A stretch of 64,000 nt of DNA from an uncultured Pseudomonadota bacterium (GTDB taxonomy: Bacteria; Pseudomonadota; Alphaproteobacteria; RF32; CAG-239): contig CASFJS010000005.1 in NCBI GenBank assembly GCA_949295085.1, forward strand, positions 69,707 to 133,706, given 5' to 3'. Made by a program: the position numbers and the translations under genes. How positions within the stretch are numbered: position 1 is the first letter of the stretch; each line of letters begins with the position of its first letter. Shown here piece after piece: positions 23,999 through 33,394 of this stretch. The notes beneath the pieces were generated by a model. That model worked only from the letters and a program-made list of their open reading frames with translations. It was not told the origin of the DNA and ran no database searches.

Positions 23999-25663
23999 GT
24001 GAAGGCGGTAATTTTAACAAGGGTGTCAACGAAGGAGCAGGAAGAGGGACACAGTCTTCCCGCCCAAAATACACGCCTGTCCGAATATGCTAAGCGCAAA
24101 GGGCTGATTGTCGTTAAGTCCTTTCAAATTATTGAAAGCTCAACGCGTGGCAAGCGCAAAGAGTTTATGCAGATGATTGATTTCTGCAAGTCCTATCCCG
24201 AAAAAATAGCCATCATTGCCGACGCGGTCGATCGCGTGCAGCGTTCTTTCAAGGAAAGCGTCATGCTGGACGACCTAATCCGGCAAGAAAAAATCGAGCT
24301 GCACTTTTACCGCGAAGGAATGATTATCGGCAAAAATTCAAGCTCAAGCGACATTATGCGGTGGGATTTTTCTGTCATGGGCGCAAAATCCTATGTCTTG
24401 CAGTTATCTGAGAATGTCCGGCGCAGTATTGATTATAAAATTAAAAACGGAGAATTGTCCGGGGCAGCTCCGACCGGATATGAAAATTTTGTAGATGAAC
24501 ACGGCAAACACAGCATCCGGCCGAAAGAACCAGACGCAACAAAAGTCAAATCCTTATTTGAACTATATTCTCTCGGCGGCACGAGTATTCATGAACTCGC
24601 AAGGTACGCCGATTCTATCGGGTTAAGATCCCGCACGGGGCGGAAAATCGTCAATACGACAATGACAAATATTCTTGATAATCCTTTCTATTACGGCGAA
24701 ATGAATTCAAAGGGGCGGCTTATGAAGCATATTTACGAACCTATTATCTCGAAAGATCTTTTCGATCAGTGTCAGGCTTTACGCAAAAAGACATCCAGCA
24801 ACCCGCCTAAGCATGGAGAACTTCCCTTTCTTTATCGCGGGCTTATTACCTGTATGAACAGCGGAAAAACCTGCCCGAACGAGATTAAAAAGAAAAGGTT
24901 TTATTATTTGGTATGCTATAAGCAGGACGGAACGCGCCTCTATATTCCAGAACAGGACATTACGGATCAGATAGCATATATTTTAGCCAGAATAAGGCTT
25001 CCGGATCAGGCGCTGCAAGATTTAAAAATCCACCTGGAAAACTCGAAAAGCGCGGAAATCGAATATCGCAACCGGGAAATCGGCCGTCTGAACGGGGAAA
25101 TCACAAAAGCGCAGCAGCGGCTTGATATGCTTCTTAATATGCGTCTGGATGGAGAACTCACAAAGGAACAGTACGAGGACAAAAGAGCCGAACTCCAAAT
25201 CAGCATTGAACGGACAAAAGATAGGCTCAAAGCCCACGGAAAAGCCGATGACAGCTTCAACGAAACGCTTATCGGCCTTTTTGAAATTGCTTCGGCTGCC
25301 GGAGATTTATTTATCCACAGCCAAGACATCAATCAAAAGCGCCTTTTATTGAGGTTTATTTTTGAAAGCCTGCAAATAAAAGAAGGCACGATTCATTATA
25401 AATTAAACTTTCCTTTCTCTGAAATGGAGAAAAATTCGAACTCAGGCGAGAATAGCTCCGAACCGTTATCCAGCAACGGTTACAGCGAAAAAACGTGCAT
25501 TTTTAAGGCTGAACAAAAAACCTCAATTCGAACCGCAGAAAATGAAGTAAAAACAAAGGGTTGCACCGATAAAATGCAACCCTGTACGAATTGGCTGACC
25601 CCAATAATAATTTCAATGTTCTCATCTCTGCCACCCTGGCGGCAGGATTGTGAGCCCGCCTGA
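23999..25663 (+). CDS. Large serine recombinase (phage integrase)
   Basis: GTG start after AGGAG. The N-terminal resolvase domain has the catalytic-Ser context AVILTRVSTKEQ. It also has a recombinase domain, a Cys-rich segment (CMNSGKTCPNE...LVCYKQ) and a coiled coil. The last ~35 codons may be non-conserved read-through. Confidence 0.85.
   Translation: MKAVILTRVSTKEQEEGHSLPAQNTRLSEYAKRKGLIVVKSFQIIESSTRGKRKEFMQMIDFCKSYPEKIAIIADAVDRVQRSFKESVMLDDLIRQEKIELHFYREGMIIGKNSSSSDIMRWDFSVMGAKSYVLQLSENVRRSIDYKIKNGELSGAAPTGYENFVDEHGKHSIRPKEPDATKVKSLFELYSLGGTSIHELARYADSIGLRSRTGRKIVNTTMTNILDNPFYYGEMNSKGRLMKHIYEPIISKDLFDQCQALRKKTSSNPPKHGELPFLYRGLITCMNSGKTCPNEIKKKRFYYLVCYKQDGTRLYIPEQDITDQIAYILARIRLPDQALQDLKIHLENSKSAEIEYRNREIGRLNGEITKAQQRLDMLLNMRLDGELTKEQYEDKRAELQISIERTKDRLKAHGKADDSFNETLIGLFEIASAAGDLFIHSQDINQKRLLLRFIFESLQIKEGTIHYKLNFPFSEMEKNSNSGENSSEPLSSNGYSEKTCIFKAEQKTSIRTAENEVKTKGCTDKMQPCTNWLTPIIISMFSSLPPWRQDCEPA
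25547..25582 (-). terminator. Intrinsic-terminator-like hairpin antisense to the integrase 3' end
   Basis: The minus strand reads GGGTTGCA-TTTTATCGG-TGCAACCC followed by TTTGTTTTT. It lies downstream (minus sense) of the tRNA-like region. Confidence 0.5.
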
Positions 25664-25736
25664 CGGCACTGCTCATCTTTCGCTAGCGCTCAAGACCGCC
25701 TTTGGCGTCCACCGGCGAATTACTTCGCAATTCTGG

Positions 25737-25796
25737 GTAGTCGACCTACGAATGTCGGCACCAAAAGCCGATGCCTTACCACTTGGCGACACCCCA
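25737..25796 (-). tRNA. tRNA-Gln(UUG)-like gene with collapsed T-arm (probable pseudogene or att-junction fragment)
   Basis: The minus strand reads TGGGGTG-TC-GCC-AAGTGGTAA-GGC-A-TCGGC-TTTTGGT-GCCGA-CATTC-GTAGGTCGACTACCCAG. The acceptor 5' strand, D-arm, anticodon arm (anticodon TTG) and variable loop are canonical and close to E. coli tRNA-Gln as I recall it. The expected GTAGG-TTCGAAT-CCTAC-CACCCCA is replaced by a segment about 8 nt shorter. Confidence 0.55.
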
Positions 25797-26003
25797 ATAA
25801 TAACTCGCCGCGACGTTTTACCGGCGGCAGCAAATTTGCTGTGCTTATATGTATGCTAAAAAATTTTATTTGGCAAGGATTTTTTTTAGTTTTTGAAAAT
25901 TCCGCGCAAAAGCTTTTGCAAAACCGCCGAACGAAAGCTTGAAGTTTGGTTTTTGCGATGGTATGTTTTTGTCATGGCAAAGATATTATGAGGGGATATA
26001 TCG

Positions 26004-26807
26004 ATGAATAAGGGATTGATGACGTTAAGCAACAAGCAGGCAGAATGCAAAATTTCTCCATGGGGTGCCAATTTGGTTTCGTATCGGCCGCGCGGCGAGG
26101 AGGATGTTTTCTGGCTCGGGGCGTTAAATAAATTTGACCGTATTCATTCCATTCGGGGCGGTGTGCCGATAAGCTGGCCGCGTTTTGCCGAAGAAGAGCT
26201 GAACAGTTGTTTTCCCCGCCACGGTTTTGCGCGGGTGTCTGATTGGCGCATGGCTGGTGCCGTAGTTGATGAGGCGCAAATGAAAGCCGAATTTTTGCTG
26301 ATTCCCGATCAAAAATATAATCTCGATGCCTCGCTTCGTTTGGTTGTTAAGGTTACGGATTGTTTGGAATACGCTCTTGAAACGACCAACAACAGCGATA
26401 TGCCTTTGATGTTTAGCGAGGCACTACACGCCTATTTTAATGTTGGGTCATTAGATGCCGTGGCGATAAAGGGCTTGTCGGGGCAGCGTTACAGAAACGC
26501 GCTTGACGGGCAATTTTATACTTTGGACGGCGATTTGCATATCAACGGCGAATTTGACGCTGCCTTTGTTGACCATACGGGGCGCATAGAAATTGCCGAT
26601 GCCGCCTTTAATCGCTCTATTATTATTGAAAAAGAAGGCTCAAATACCACGGTGGTGTGGAATCCGGGAAAAGACCTGGCCGAGATGAGTTCCGGTCAGT
26701 ACAAAAATTTTGTTTGTGTGGAGCCGGCCAATCAGGGCGCTTCTTTTGTGCGCCTTAATCCGTATGAAACACACCGTATTGCCATGAAAATACGGCTGCA
26801 AAAGTAA
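26004..26807 (+). CDS. D-hexose-6-phosphate mutarotase (aldose 1-epimerase family, YeaD-like)
   Basis: 267 aa. It has GGVPISWPRF and HGFAR motifs, and the layout is typical of the YeaD family. Confidence 0.75.
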   Translation: MNKGLMTLSNKQAECKISPWGANLVSYRPRGEEDVFWLGALNKFDRIHSIRGGVPISWPRFAEEELNSCFPRHGFARVSDWRMAGAVVDEAQMKAEFLLIPDQKYNLDASLRLVVKVTDCLEYALETTNNSDMPLMFSEALHAYFNVGSLDAVAIKGLSGQRYRNALDGQFYTLDGDLHINGEFDAAFVDHTGRIEIADAAFNRSIIIEKEGSNTTVVWNPGKDLAEMSSGQYKNFVCVEPANQGASFVRLNPYETHRIAMKIRLQK

Positions 26808-26819
26808 AACAAGCGGCGA

Positions 26820-27794
26820 CTATAGTTTTTTGCGCTTTTTGGTTAATTTGCGCGCGATGGCCCGGATTTTTTTGGCCAGACTTTCGGTGTCCTGGATGCG
26901 CTTTTTCTTTTTGTCTTCCTTGACCTTTAAGAGCTCGAGGTCGCGCTCGGTAGAGAGTTTGTCCAAAATGGTCTTGACAACATGATCAAGCTCGGAATTT
27001 TCGCGGTAGTCCGCCGGCAGAGCAAAGTTAACGCGATTATCCAGCAGGAGTTTCAACGCATTGGCGCGGTGTTTGCTCTTGGGGCGATAGACGGCAATGG
27101 CATTGCCGCCGCGTTCTTTGACGATTTTCATTGACGGAATATCGGTCATGCCGTCGCCGAAGTAAATCATCCGGCGGTGGGGAATGGGGCGCTCGTCATC
27201 GGGCATATATTCGTTGACGGCGCGGTCTTCGGTTTTGTTCAGGCCTTTGTTGATTTTGGCAATGTACTGCGTTTTGGTGGAATAGTTAACGACGCGGGCC
27301 GGCCAGATGGGAACTCCGTTTTCATCATAAACATAAGAGCAACCAAAAACATCTTTGAAATGCTTGCGGATGGATGAGCCCTCGATAATCTCTTCCATGC
27401 CGGCGGAGATGATATAATGCTCGATATCCAGCCCCAGTTCGGCACCATAGGCGTTAATGCGGTCAAACCAGGTTTCGACACCTTCAAAATAAGCAATGTT
27501 TTTGCCGGCATCACACAAGAACTTTTTGGTCAAAGGGATATTGCGTTCTTTGGCGGTGTGCTGGATATAATACATTGAGCCGGTGATTTGGTCGGCGCAA
27601 TGGTCACGCGACCATTGGTTGGCTTTGGCCCAAAAATGATCCGGTTTGTCACCTAAGGCCGGAATTAAAATGTAGTCCTGCATATAGGTTGTGCTTAAGG
27701 TTTCGTCAAAGTCGTAAATAAAAGCTATTTTTGTCTTTTTTGCCATTGGTTTAATATCTCCGCTTGCTTTTTGGGATTTATCATTATAAAACAT
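26820..27794 (-). CDS. HAD-superfamily hydrolase-like protein with Lys-rich tail
   Basis: 324 aa with HAD motif I DFDETL and a late GDGMTD motif. The C-terminus is KKKKR...KKRKKL. Confidence 0.6.
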   Translation of the reverse strand: MFYNDKSQKASGDIKPMAKKTKIAFIYDFDETLSTTYMQDYILIPALGDKPDHFWAKANQWSRDHCADQITGSMYYIQHTAKERNIPLTKKFLCDAGKNIAYFEGVETWFDRINAYGAELGLDIEHYIISAGMEEIIEGSSIRKHFKDVFGCSYVYDENGVPIWPARVVNYSTKTQYIAKINKGLNKTEDRAVNEYMPDDERPIPHRRMIYFGDGMTDIPSMKIVKERGGNAIAVYRPKSKHRANALKLLLDNRVNFALPADYRENSELDHVVKTILDKLSTERDLELLKVKEDKKKKRIQDTESLAKKIRAIARKLTKKRKKL

Positions 27795-27833
27795 TAGAAG
27801 TTAATTTTTAATTTACGCATAAAGAGGTTTGAA

Positions 27834-29198
27834 ATGGCTGCAACAACAATGGATCAACTGGTTTCGCTGTGCAAAAGAAGAGGCTTTATTTTTCAAAACG
27901 CCGATATTTACGGCGGGCTGCAGGGGGTTTATGATTATGGTCCGCTCGGCGTTGAGCTCAAGAACAATTTGAAAGCCGCGTGGTGGCGGGCGATGGTTTA
28001 TGAGCGCGATGATGTTGAGGGATTGGATGCGGCGATTTTGACCAACCAAAAGGTTTTGCACTATTCGGGGCACGAGGATACTTTTTCCGACCCGATGGTG
28101 GATTGCAAAAAATGCAAAGGGCGTTTCAGAGCCGATCATTTGAAAGACAACAAATGTCCGAACTGCGGGTCGACGGATTTGACCGAGCCGCGGCCGTTCA
28201 ACCTGATGTTTAAGACCTCTATCGGGCCGGTTGATGACGGCTCGTCGTTCGGGTATTTGCGGCCGGAAACCGCACAGGCGATTTTTACCCAGTTTAAAAA
28301 CGTGGTTGACGCAACGTCGCGCAAGCTGCCGTTTGGTATTGCGCAAATCGGCAAGTCTTTTCGCAACGAGATTACGCCGCGCAATTTTATCTTCAGGGTG
28401 CGCGAGTTTGAACAGGCCGAGCTGGAGTATTTCGTGATGCCCGGGGAGGATGAAAAATGGCACGAAATCTGGAAAGAGGCGCGGATTAAATGGTGGGAAG
28501 AACAAGGCCTTAAGCGCGAAAATATGAATATCTACACCACACCGAAGCAAGATTTGGCGCATTATGCCAAGGCCTGTTATGATATTGAATACCGGTTTCC
28601 GCACGGAATGGAAGAGCTTGAGGGTATTGCCAACCGCACGGACTATGACCTCGGCAACCACACCAAAGCGCAAGAGGAAATGAACCTGACCTCAAAATGC
28701 CACGAAAACAAGGAATCAACACAAAAATTGTGTATTATGACCGATGATAACAAATGGGTGGTGCCGTTTGTGATTGAGCCGTCGATGGGGGTTGACCGCG
28801 GCGTTTTGGCGGTGATGACCGAGGCTTATACCGAAGAAGATTTGGGCGGCGGCAACAGCCGTGTGGTTTTGAAACTTAAAAAACATCTGGCGCCGATTAA
28901 GGTGGCGGTTATTCCGTTGAAAAAGAACAATGAGCAGATTATGGCCAAATGCCACGAGATTAAGCAAAGCTTGCTGAAACTCGGCATCGGTCGTGTGGCG
29001 CTGGAGAATACCGGCAATATCGGCAAGGCTTATCGCCGGCATGATGAGATCGGCACACCGTTGTGTTTGACGGTGGATTTTGAAACGATTGAAAGCCAGC
29101 CGGAATCAGTAACTATTCGCGACCGCGACACGATGGAACAGATACGTGTCCATACCGCGGATTTGAAAGATTATTTACGAAACTACTTCAATGAATAA
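27834..29198 (+). CDS. glyQS: Glycine--tRNA ligase, single-chain dimeric type
   Basis: 454 aa. The N-terminus [37 protein letters not shown] is characteristic. The 286-aa minus-strand ORF is an antisense shadow. Confidence 0.9.
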   Translation: MAATTMDQLVSLCKRRGFIFQNADIYGGLQGVYDYGPLGVELKNNLKAAWWRAMVYERDDVEGLDAAILTNQKVLHYSGHEDTFSDPMVDCKKCKGRFRADHLKDNKCPNCGSTDLTEPRPFNLMFKTSIGPVDDGSSFGYLRPETAQAIFTQFKNVVDATSRKLPFGIAQIGKSFRNEITPRNFIFRVREFEQAELEYFVMPGEDEKWHEIWKEARIKWWEEQGLKRENMNIYTTPKQDLAHYAKACYDIEYRFPHGMEELEGIANRTDYDLGNHTKAQEEMNLTSKCHENKESTQKLCIMTDDNKWVVPFVIEPSMGVDRGVLAVMTEAYTEEDLGGGNSRVVLKLKKHLAPIKVAVIPLKKNNEQIMAKCHEIKQSLLKLGIGRVALENTGNIGKAYRRHDEIGTPLCLTVDFETIESQPESVTIRDRDTMEQIRVHTADLKDYLRNYFNE

Positions 29199-29202
29199 TG
29201 CC

Positions 29203-29231
29203 AAAGGCGCTTGTAAGTGAGCGCCTTTTTT
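29203..29231 (+). terminator. Intrinsic terminator after glyQS
   Basis: AAAGGCGC-N10-GCGCCTTT followed by TTT. Confidence 0.7.
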
Positions 29232-29281
29232 AATCCACCCAGTTATACTTTGAGTAAGTATTCCGAGATAAACAATTAAAA

Positions 29282-31519
29282 TTAAGAAACTTCCAGCTTA
29301 GAAAGTTTATCAAGCAAAGTTTTTATGGGCATTTCTGCTAAGTTCTCTTTTATGGTGCGTTTATCATAAAACGTATCAGCTAAGATTTTTGATGTTGCGT
29401 TATCTACTTTCCAAACCGAAATAGCTAATTTAGGAGCAAATAAATCTTTTTCGGCATTTTCAAAATAATCTTTATAAGCCTTTTCCAGTTGTTTGGTCTT
29501 TTCGGCATTTATATCATTCCTGCTTTTGACTTCAATATAAAGATAAAAGCCATTGTTAAACTTTATAATAAAATCAAAATAACTATGACGAATATTGTTA
29601 TCATCATCTAAGTATTCACCAAAAATGTTTGATGAAATTTGATTTTTAGCCCATAATTTTATACTATTCGTATCCTCTGCAAAATCATATATTCTATTGT
29701 AGACTATTCTTTCTGGTGTTGAATCTAATGGCTGTCTATTATTTCTTTGTTCATCTTCGTTAAATATATCAAAAAGATAATCTCGCCGTGAGACTCTCTC
29801 TTCCTGTTCGGGATTATCACTAAAAATTTGCGTATATGAACGCGGATCATAAACTTGTTCCACGATTTTATATTTAGGGATATATGTTTTTGTCTTGGAT
29901 ACAATATTTAATATATCTGTTTTGAACGTCTTTAACAAAACAGTAAATACAAACTCTTTAGATATATCTATTTCTTTTGCAAAGATTTCTACTTTATTTT
30001 TTATAAGATCATATAGCTTTTTATTGGCATTGATAAACCGATTATAATCTCTTAAAAAAATAAAAGGATTAGAAATATCGGTATATATTTGATGCCCATT
30101 GACAACATTAAGAACTTTTCGATAAATTGTCCTATTTTCAACGAAAGTGTTATCTATTTCTTGGCAAATTAACTGTTTGTGGTCAGATAAAAATTTATCA
30201 AGTAACTTAAAAAATTCAGGCTGAGGTTTTGCCGTTATCAAATCCTTTTTATTGGTAATATCAATAGATAGAAAATTTTCTCCCTCAAACTTTGACCGAA
30301 CTTTAAAATTATACATTACTGCGGTGTGTTCATCATTATCGGCATTTGAGTATATATAATAATCATCCGTAACATCATTTTTTTCTAAATTTGGATATGG
30401 ATTTCGCTTTATTCTGCCTAATGTTTGAATATTTAAATTGGATGATGAAACATTTCTTAATTGTAACAACATACAAGCCCGCGGAATATCCCAACCTGTA
30501 GCCGGACCTATTTTGAATATAATAGCATCTACATCATTATTATTTGCGGTTATCTCATCCAAAGAAAAATTATTTTTATAACTTCTATTTGAATCTTTAT
30601 CATTATTTCCAAAATATTGAACCCAAGCCAAATTTGCGGCGCTCAAGTGTTTCTTTGTTTTTTCTAAGGCCTCTTTAAATTCTCTGGCTCTTTCGGCATC
30701 TTCATTTGAATCATTATCAACTTGTATCAGCATTGCCGGCTTAACGCCAATATTAAGTTCATTATATCTTTGCTTAATCTCTTTAAATTTTTCTATTGCA
30801 TGATCTAAAATTTCATCATTTTTCAAATCTCTGTCCAAAAGCACAACCGGATTTGTTTTTAATAAGTATTTCCCGTCATTTAATACCGGATTATTAAGCT
30901 CATTTTCTGTTAATATAATTTTTTTTGTATTCTGATTTATAAAATCAGGAGTAGCGGTCATTTTCAAGACAAAAGATGCTGCCTCAGACATAATTCTTTC
31001 AAAATTTTGCGCCAATGTTCCTCTATCTTGATTTTCTCCACCGATATGAGCCTCATCACGAATATAAATCAACTTATATTTTTTATCTATTGTTGCTTTT
31101 ACAAAATCATCAATAATGCCATATTCTGACAATATTCTTCCTTTGCCAAATGATGATTTACCAAAAATATAAACTTTATTTGGTTCTGAAATTATTTTTG
31201 GCAAAGCTTCCGATTTATCGCCTCTGATTGAAGGAGATTGTATATATTCAACATCAAATTTTGAAAAAGGTAAGTCTTTTTTATATTTATCGATTTTCTG
31301 TTCAAAAAAATATGGCAAAGATGAGGATGACGGTGTCGCAATCACAAATACAAATTTATCATTTTGATTTTTTTCCATAATCGAAGATATCAAATAAGTT
31401 GCCATAAGAGTTTTTCCAGACCCTGTAGGCGCTTTAAACTCACATACAACCTTTTCTTCCGGATTATATAAATCCAAAATATCCATAACTGTTGATTTTT
31501 GTAAAGATGTCAGCTCCAT
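29282..31519 (-). CDS. res: Type III restriction enzyme, Res subunit
   Basis: 745 aa with helicase motif I APTGSGKT, motif II IRDEAH, and a C-terminal PD-(D/E)XK-like FDFII...YIEVKS. It lies 3 nt downstream of mod. Confidence 0.8.
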   Translation of the reverse strand: MELTSLQKSTVMDILDLYNPEEKVVCEFKAPTGSGKTLMATYLISSIMEKNQNDKFVFVIATPSSSSLPYFFEQKIDKYKKDLPFSKFDVEYIQSPSIRGDKSEALPKIISEPNKVYIFGKSSFGKGRILSEYGIIDDFVKATIDKKYKLIYIRDEAHIGGENQDRGTLAQNFERIMSEAASFVLKMTATPDFINQNTKKIILTENELNNPVLNDGKYLLKTNPVVLLDRDLKNDEILDHAIEKFKEIKQRYNELNIGVKPAMLIQVDNDSNEDAERAREFKEALEKTKKHLSAANLAWVQYFGNNDKDSNRSYKNNFSLDEITANNNDVDAIIFKIGPATGWDIPRACMLLQLRNVSSSNLNIQTLGRIKRNPYPNLEKNDVTDDYYIYSNADNDEHTAVMYNFKVRSKFEGENFLSIDITNKKDLITAKPQPEFFKLLDKFLSDHKQLICQEIDNTFVENRTIYRKVLNVVNGHQIYTDISNPFIFLRDYNRFINANKKLYDLIKNKVEIFAKEIDISKEFVFTVLLKTFKTDILNIVSKTKTYIPKYKIVEQVYDPRSYTQIFSDNPEQEERVSRRDYLFDIFNEDEQRNNRQPLDSTPERIVYNRIYDFAEDTNSIKLWAKNQISSNIFGEYLDDDNNIRHSYFDFIIKFNNGFYLYIEVKSRNDINAEKTKQLEKAYKDYFENAEKDLFAPKLAISVWKVDNATSKILADTFYDKRTIKENLAEMPIKTLLDKLSKLEVS

Positions 31520-31522
31520 TTT

Positions 31523-33100
31523 CTACCCCTGTTTTTTTATTGGATTTAAGGCTGACAATTCATTATAAATATCAAAATCGTTTGAAAATTCGGCATTAGG
31601 ATTCAACTTTTTAAATTCCAATTTAGCTTGTTCTTTCAATTTTTCGGCTTTTTCCAAGTCATTCAGCTTTAATTCCGTATTTTCAATTTTAAATACTCTG
31701 ACCGAATTATTGGATAGATATGGTTTGTCTTCACTATATTTCCAAGCAAATTTTTCACCCTTGCTCCCTTGTCCTGAGATGACTCTGTATAATCTTTCTC
31801 TGGTTATTTTTTCACCAATATTATTTTCATTATTTGTAACCAATATGAATTGACGATTTCCACCGTCTTCTTCATTAAGCTCCATAACGGCTTGTCCCGT
31901 CGTACCGCTCCCAGCGAAGAAATCAAGAACTGTTGAATTCTTTTTAGATGATATTTGAATTATTTTTTTTAACAATGGAGATGGTTTGGGTCTTATTCTT
32001 TCGCCTATTCCATCTTCTGCGATAATTGAAAATAATTCTTTTGAACCAAATGTTGTTGTCATATTGTTATAATCTATAAGAGATGAAGTGGTAACAAATC
32101 TTGCTTCATTTACAAATATCTTTATTGATGGAACAGAGTTGCCATCTTTTCCCCAAAATATTCTATTATCTTTATCTAATGCTTCAAACTCATCCCTTGA
32201 ACAATTGAATTGTCTGGTAAATACTTTTCCACTTGGAGATATAACGGAATAATAATTTGGAGATAATGTATTTGATGCTTCTTCTTTGTTTGATATGGAA
32301 CCTGCTTTATAAGGACCTCTTTTATCATTATCAGGATTCCCATATTCATTTTGCCAATTTGGTTTTTCCAGAGATTTATTCAATTTGGGATCTCCTTTAT
32401 AACAAACAATAATATATTCATGGTCTTTTCTAAAAGTTGTTGTGTTTTTCATCTTTCCATCTCGGCCTACGCCACTTTTTCTCCATATCATAACATCTGT
32501 CTGAGAAGAACCAAAAATCTCATCACATAATATTTTCAAATATGCTTGCTCACTATCATCGATAGATATGAATATGACCCCAGTATCACTCAATAACTTT
32601 CTGGCCAGTTTTAGGCGTTCGTTCATCATGTTAAGCCAGCCATCACGCGTAAATTTATCCCTATAAATAAATTTACCGGCTTCTAATTCTTCTTTATAGT
32701 CATTTCCATCGGCTTTGCTGGCTTCGGTATTATACGGAGGGTCTATATAAATTACATCAATCAGGCCTTTTCCATTTTTATCAATATAGGTGGCACATAA
32801 ATTCTTCAAAGCATCATAATTTTCACCAATAATCAGCTTATGCTCCACACTTTCTAAACCGCCATCTATCCTTAAGCTTTCATCTTCTTTCACCAAAGCA
32901 ACGGCATCATGATTTATTTCAGGAGCCTCATCAAATACAAAACCGGTTTTTATGCGTTGCGTTATTAAATTGTAAACACTCCCTAAATCCTTTTCATTTG
33001 TGGATTGGATAATTTTTTTTGCTATTTCTTTTTGTTCTTTATTAAAAGAGGCCGTCGGAATATTTTCTATTTTTTCTATATATTCATCGCGCAAAGACAT
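31523..33100 (-). CDS. mod: Type III DNA methyltransferase, Mod subunit (beta-class, N6-adenine or N4-cytosine)
   Basis: 525 aa. Motif IV (IDPPYNT) comes before motif I (FFAGSGTTGQA), which is the circular order typical of Mod proteins. Confidence 0.8.
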   Translation of the reverse strand: MSLRDEYIEKIENIPTASFNKEQKEIAKKIIQSTNEKDLGSVYNLITQRIKTGFVFDEAPEINHDAVALVKEDESLRIDGGLESVEHKLIIGENYDALKNLCATYIDKNGKGLIDVIYIDPPYNTEASKADGNDYKEELEAGKFIYRDKFTRDGWLNMMNERLKLARKLLSDTGVIFISIDDSEQAYLKILCDEIFGSSQTDVMIWRKSGVGRDGKMKNTTTFRKDHEYIIVCYKGDPKLNKSLEKPNWQNEYGNPDNDKRGPYKAGSISNKEEASNTLSPNYYSVISPSGKVFTRQFNCSRDEFEALDKDNRIFWGKDGNSVPSIKIFVNEARFVTTSSLIDYNNMTTTFGSKELFSIIAEDGIGERIRPKPSPLLKKIIQISSKKNSTVLDFFAGSGTTGQAVMELNEEDGGNRQFILVTNNENNIGEKITRERLYRVISGQGSKGEKFAWKYSEDKPYLSNNSVRVFKIENTELKLNDLEKAEKLKEQAKLEFKKLNPNAEFSNDFDIYNELSALNPIKKQG

Positions 33101-33394
33101 ATCAGGCTCCGTTAATATTTTCTTAATATGTTTTTACAAGTACCATTATCAGCTCTTAAAAGCAATAAATTTGGGATTTTATTCAAAAATTATTTAAAAT
33201 TTTGCGACACACCGTATGCAAATTCCGATATTTTGTAAAATGGATTTTGCCGGTGCTCAAAATTTGTTGAGCGAATAAGATAGCCCGTAAGATAATATTT
33301 ACATACTTATTTTTTAATGCACGGGGTTGCTTTTGTGCGGAAGTGCTTATATAGTAAAGCATAATGTTTTGACAAAGGTGCAAGTTTTTAGGCT

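Larger units (their letters stand above)
1..25744. mobile_element. Integrated temperate prophage, right-hand ~25.7 kb (left end lies outside the window)
   Basis: Contiguous phage modules. Virion/packaging and replication genes are on the minus strand, a CI/Cro-type switch sits at 15.8-16.9 kb, and early/recombination/accessory genes are on the plus strand. A large serine recombinase is the last gene, and housekeeping genes start at 26004. The right boundary is placed where the tRNA-Gln-like sequence loses canonical structure (about 25737-25744). This boundary is an inference. Confidence 0.85.

Noticed and set aside
23776-24093. 105-aa ORF overlapping the integrase start, considered as a possible excisionase/RDF
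   Set aside because: It would overlap the integrase by about 95 nt in another frame. It has no HTH-like motif and no convincing RBS. It is left uncalled.
25737-25796. Reading the tRNA-like region as a plus-strand tRNA ending in ACACCCCA
   Set aside because: The plus strand gives no T-arm or D-arm. The minus-strand reading matches the tRNA-Gln D-arm and anticodon arm almost perfectly.
27813-28673. 286-aa minus-strand ORF opposite glyQS
   Set aside because: It is Arg/Leu/Pro-rich with no motifs and is fully antisense to a gene with unmistakable GlyRS motifs. It is a classic shadow ORF.
30919-33020. A8/T8 runs in res and mod (for example 30919-30926, 31963-31970, 33013-33020) as phase-variation tracts
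   Set aside because: These genes are very AT- and Lys-rich, so A8 runs from AAA AAA codons are expected by composition. This is unlike the G8-G9 tracts in the prophage.
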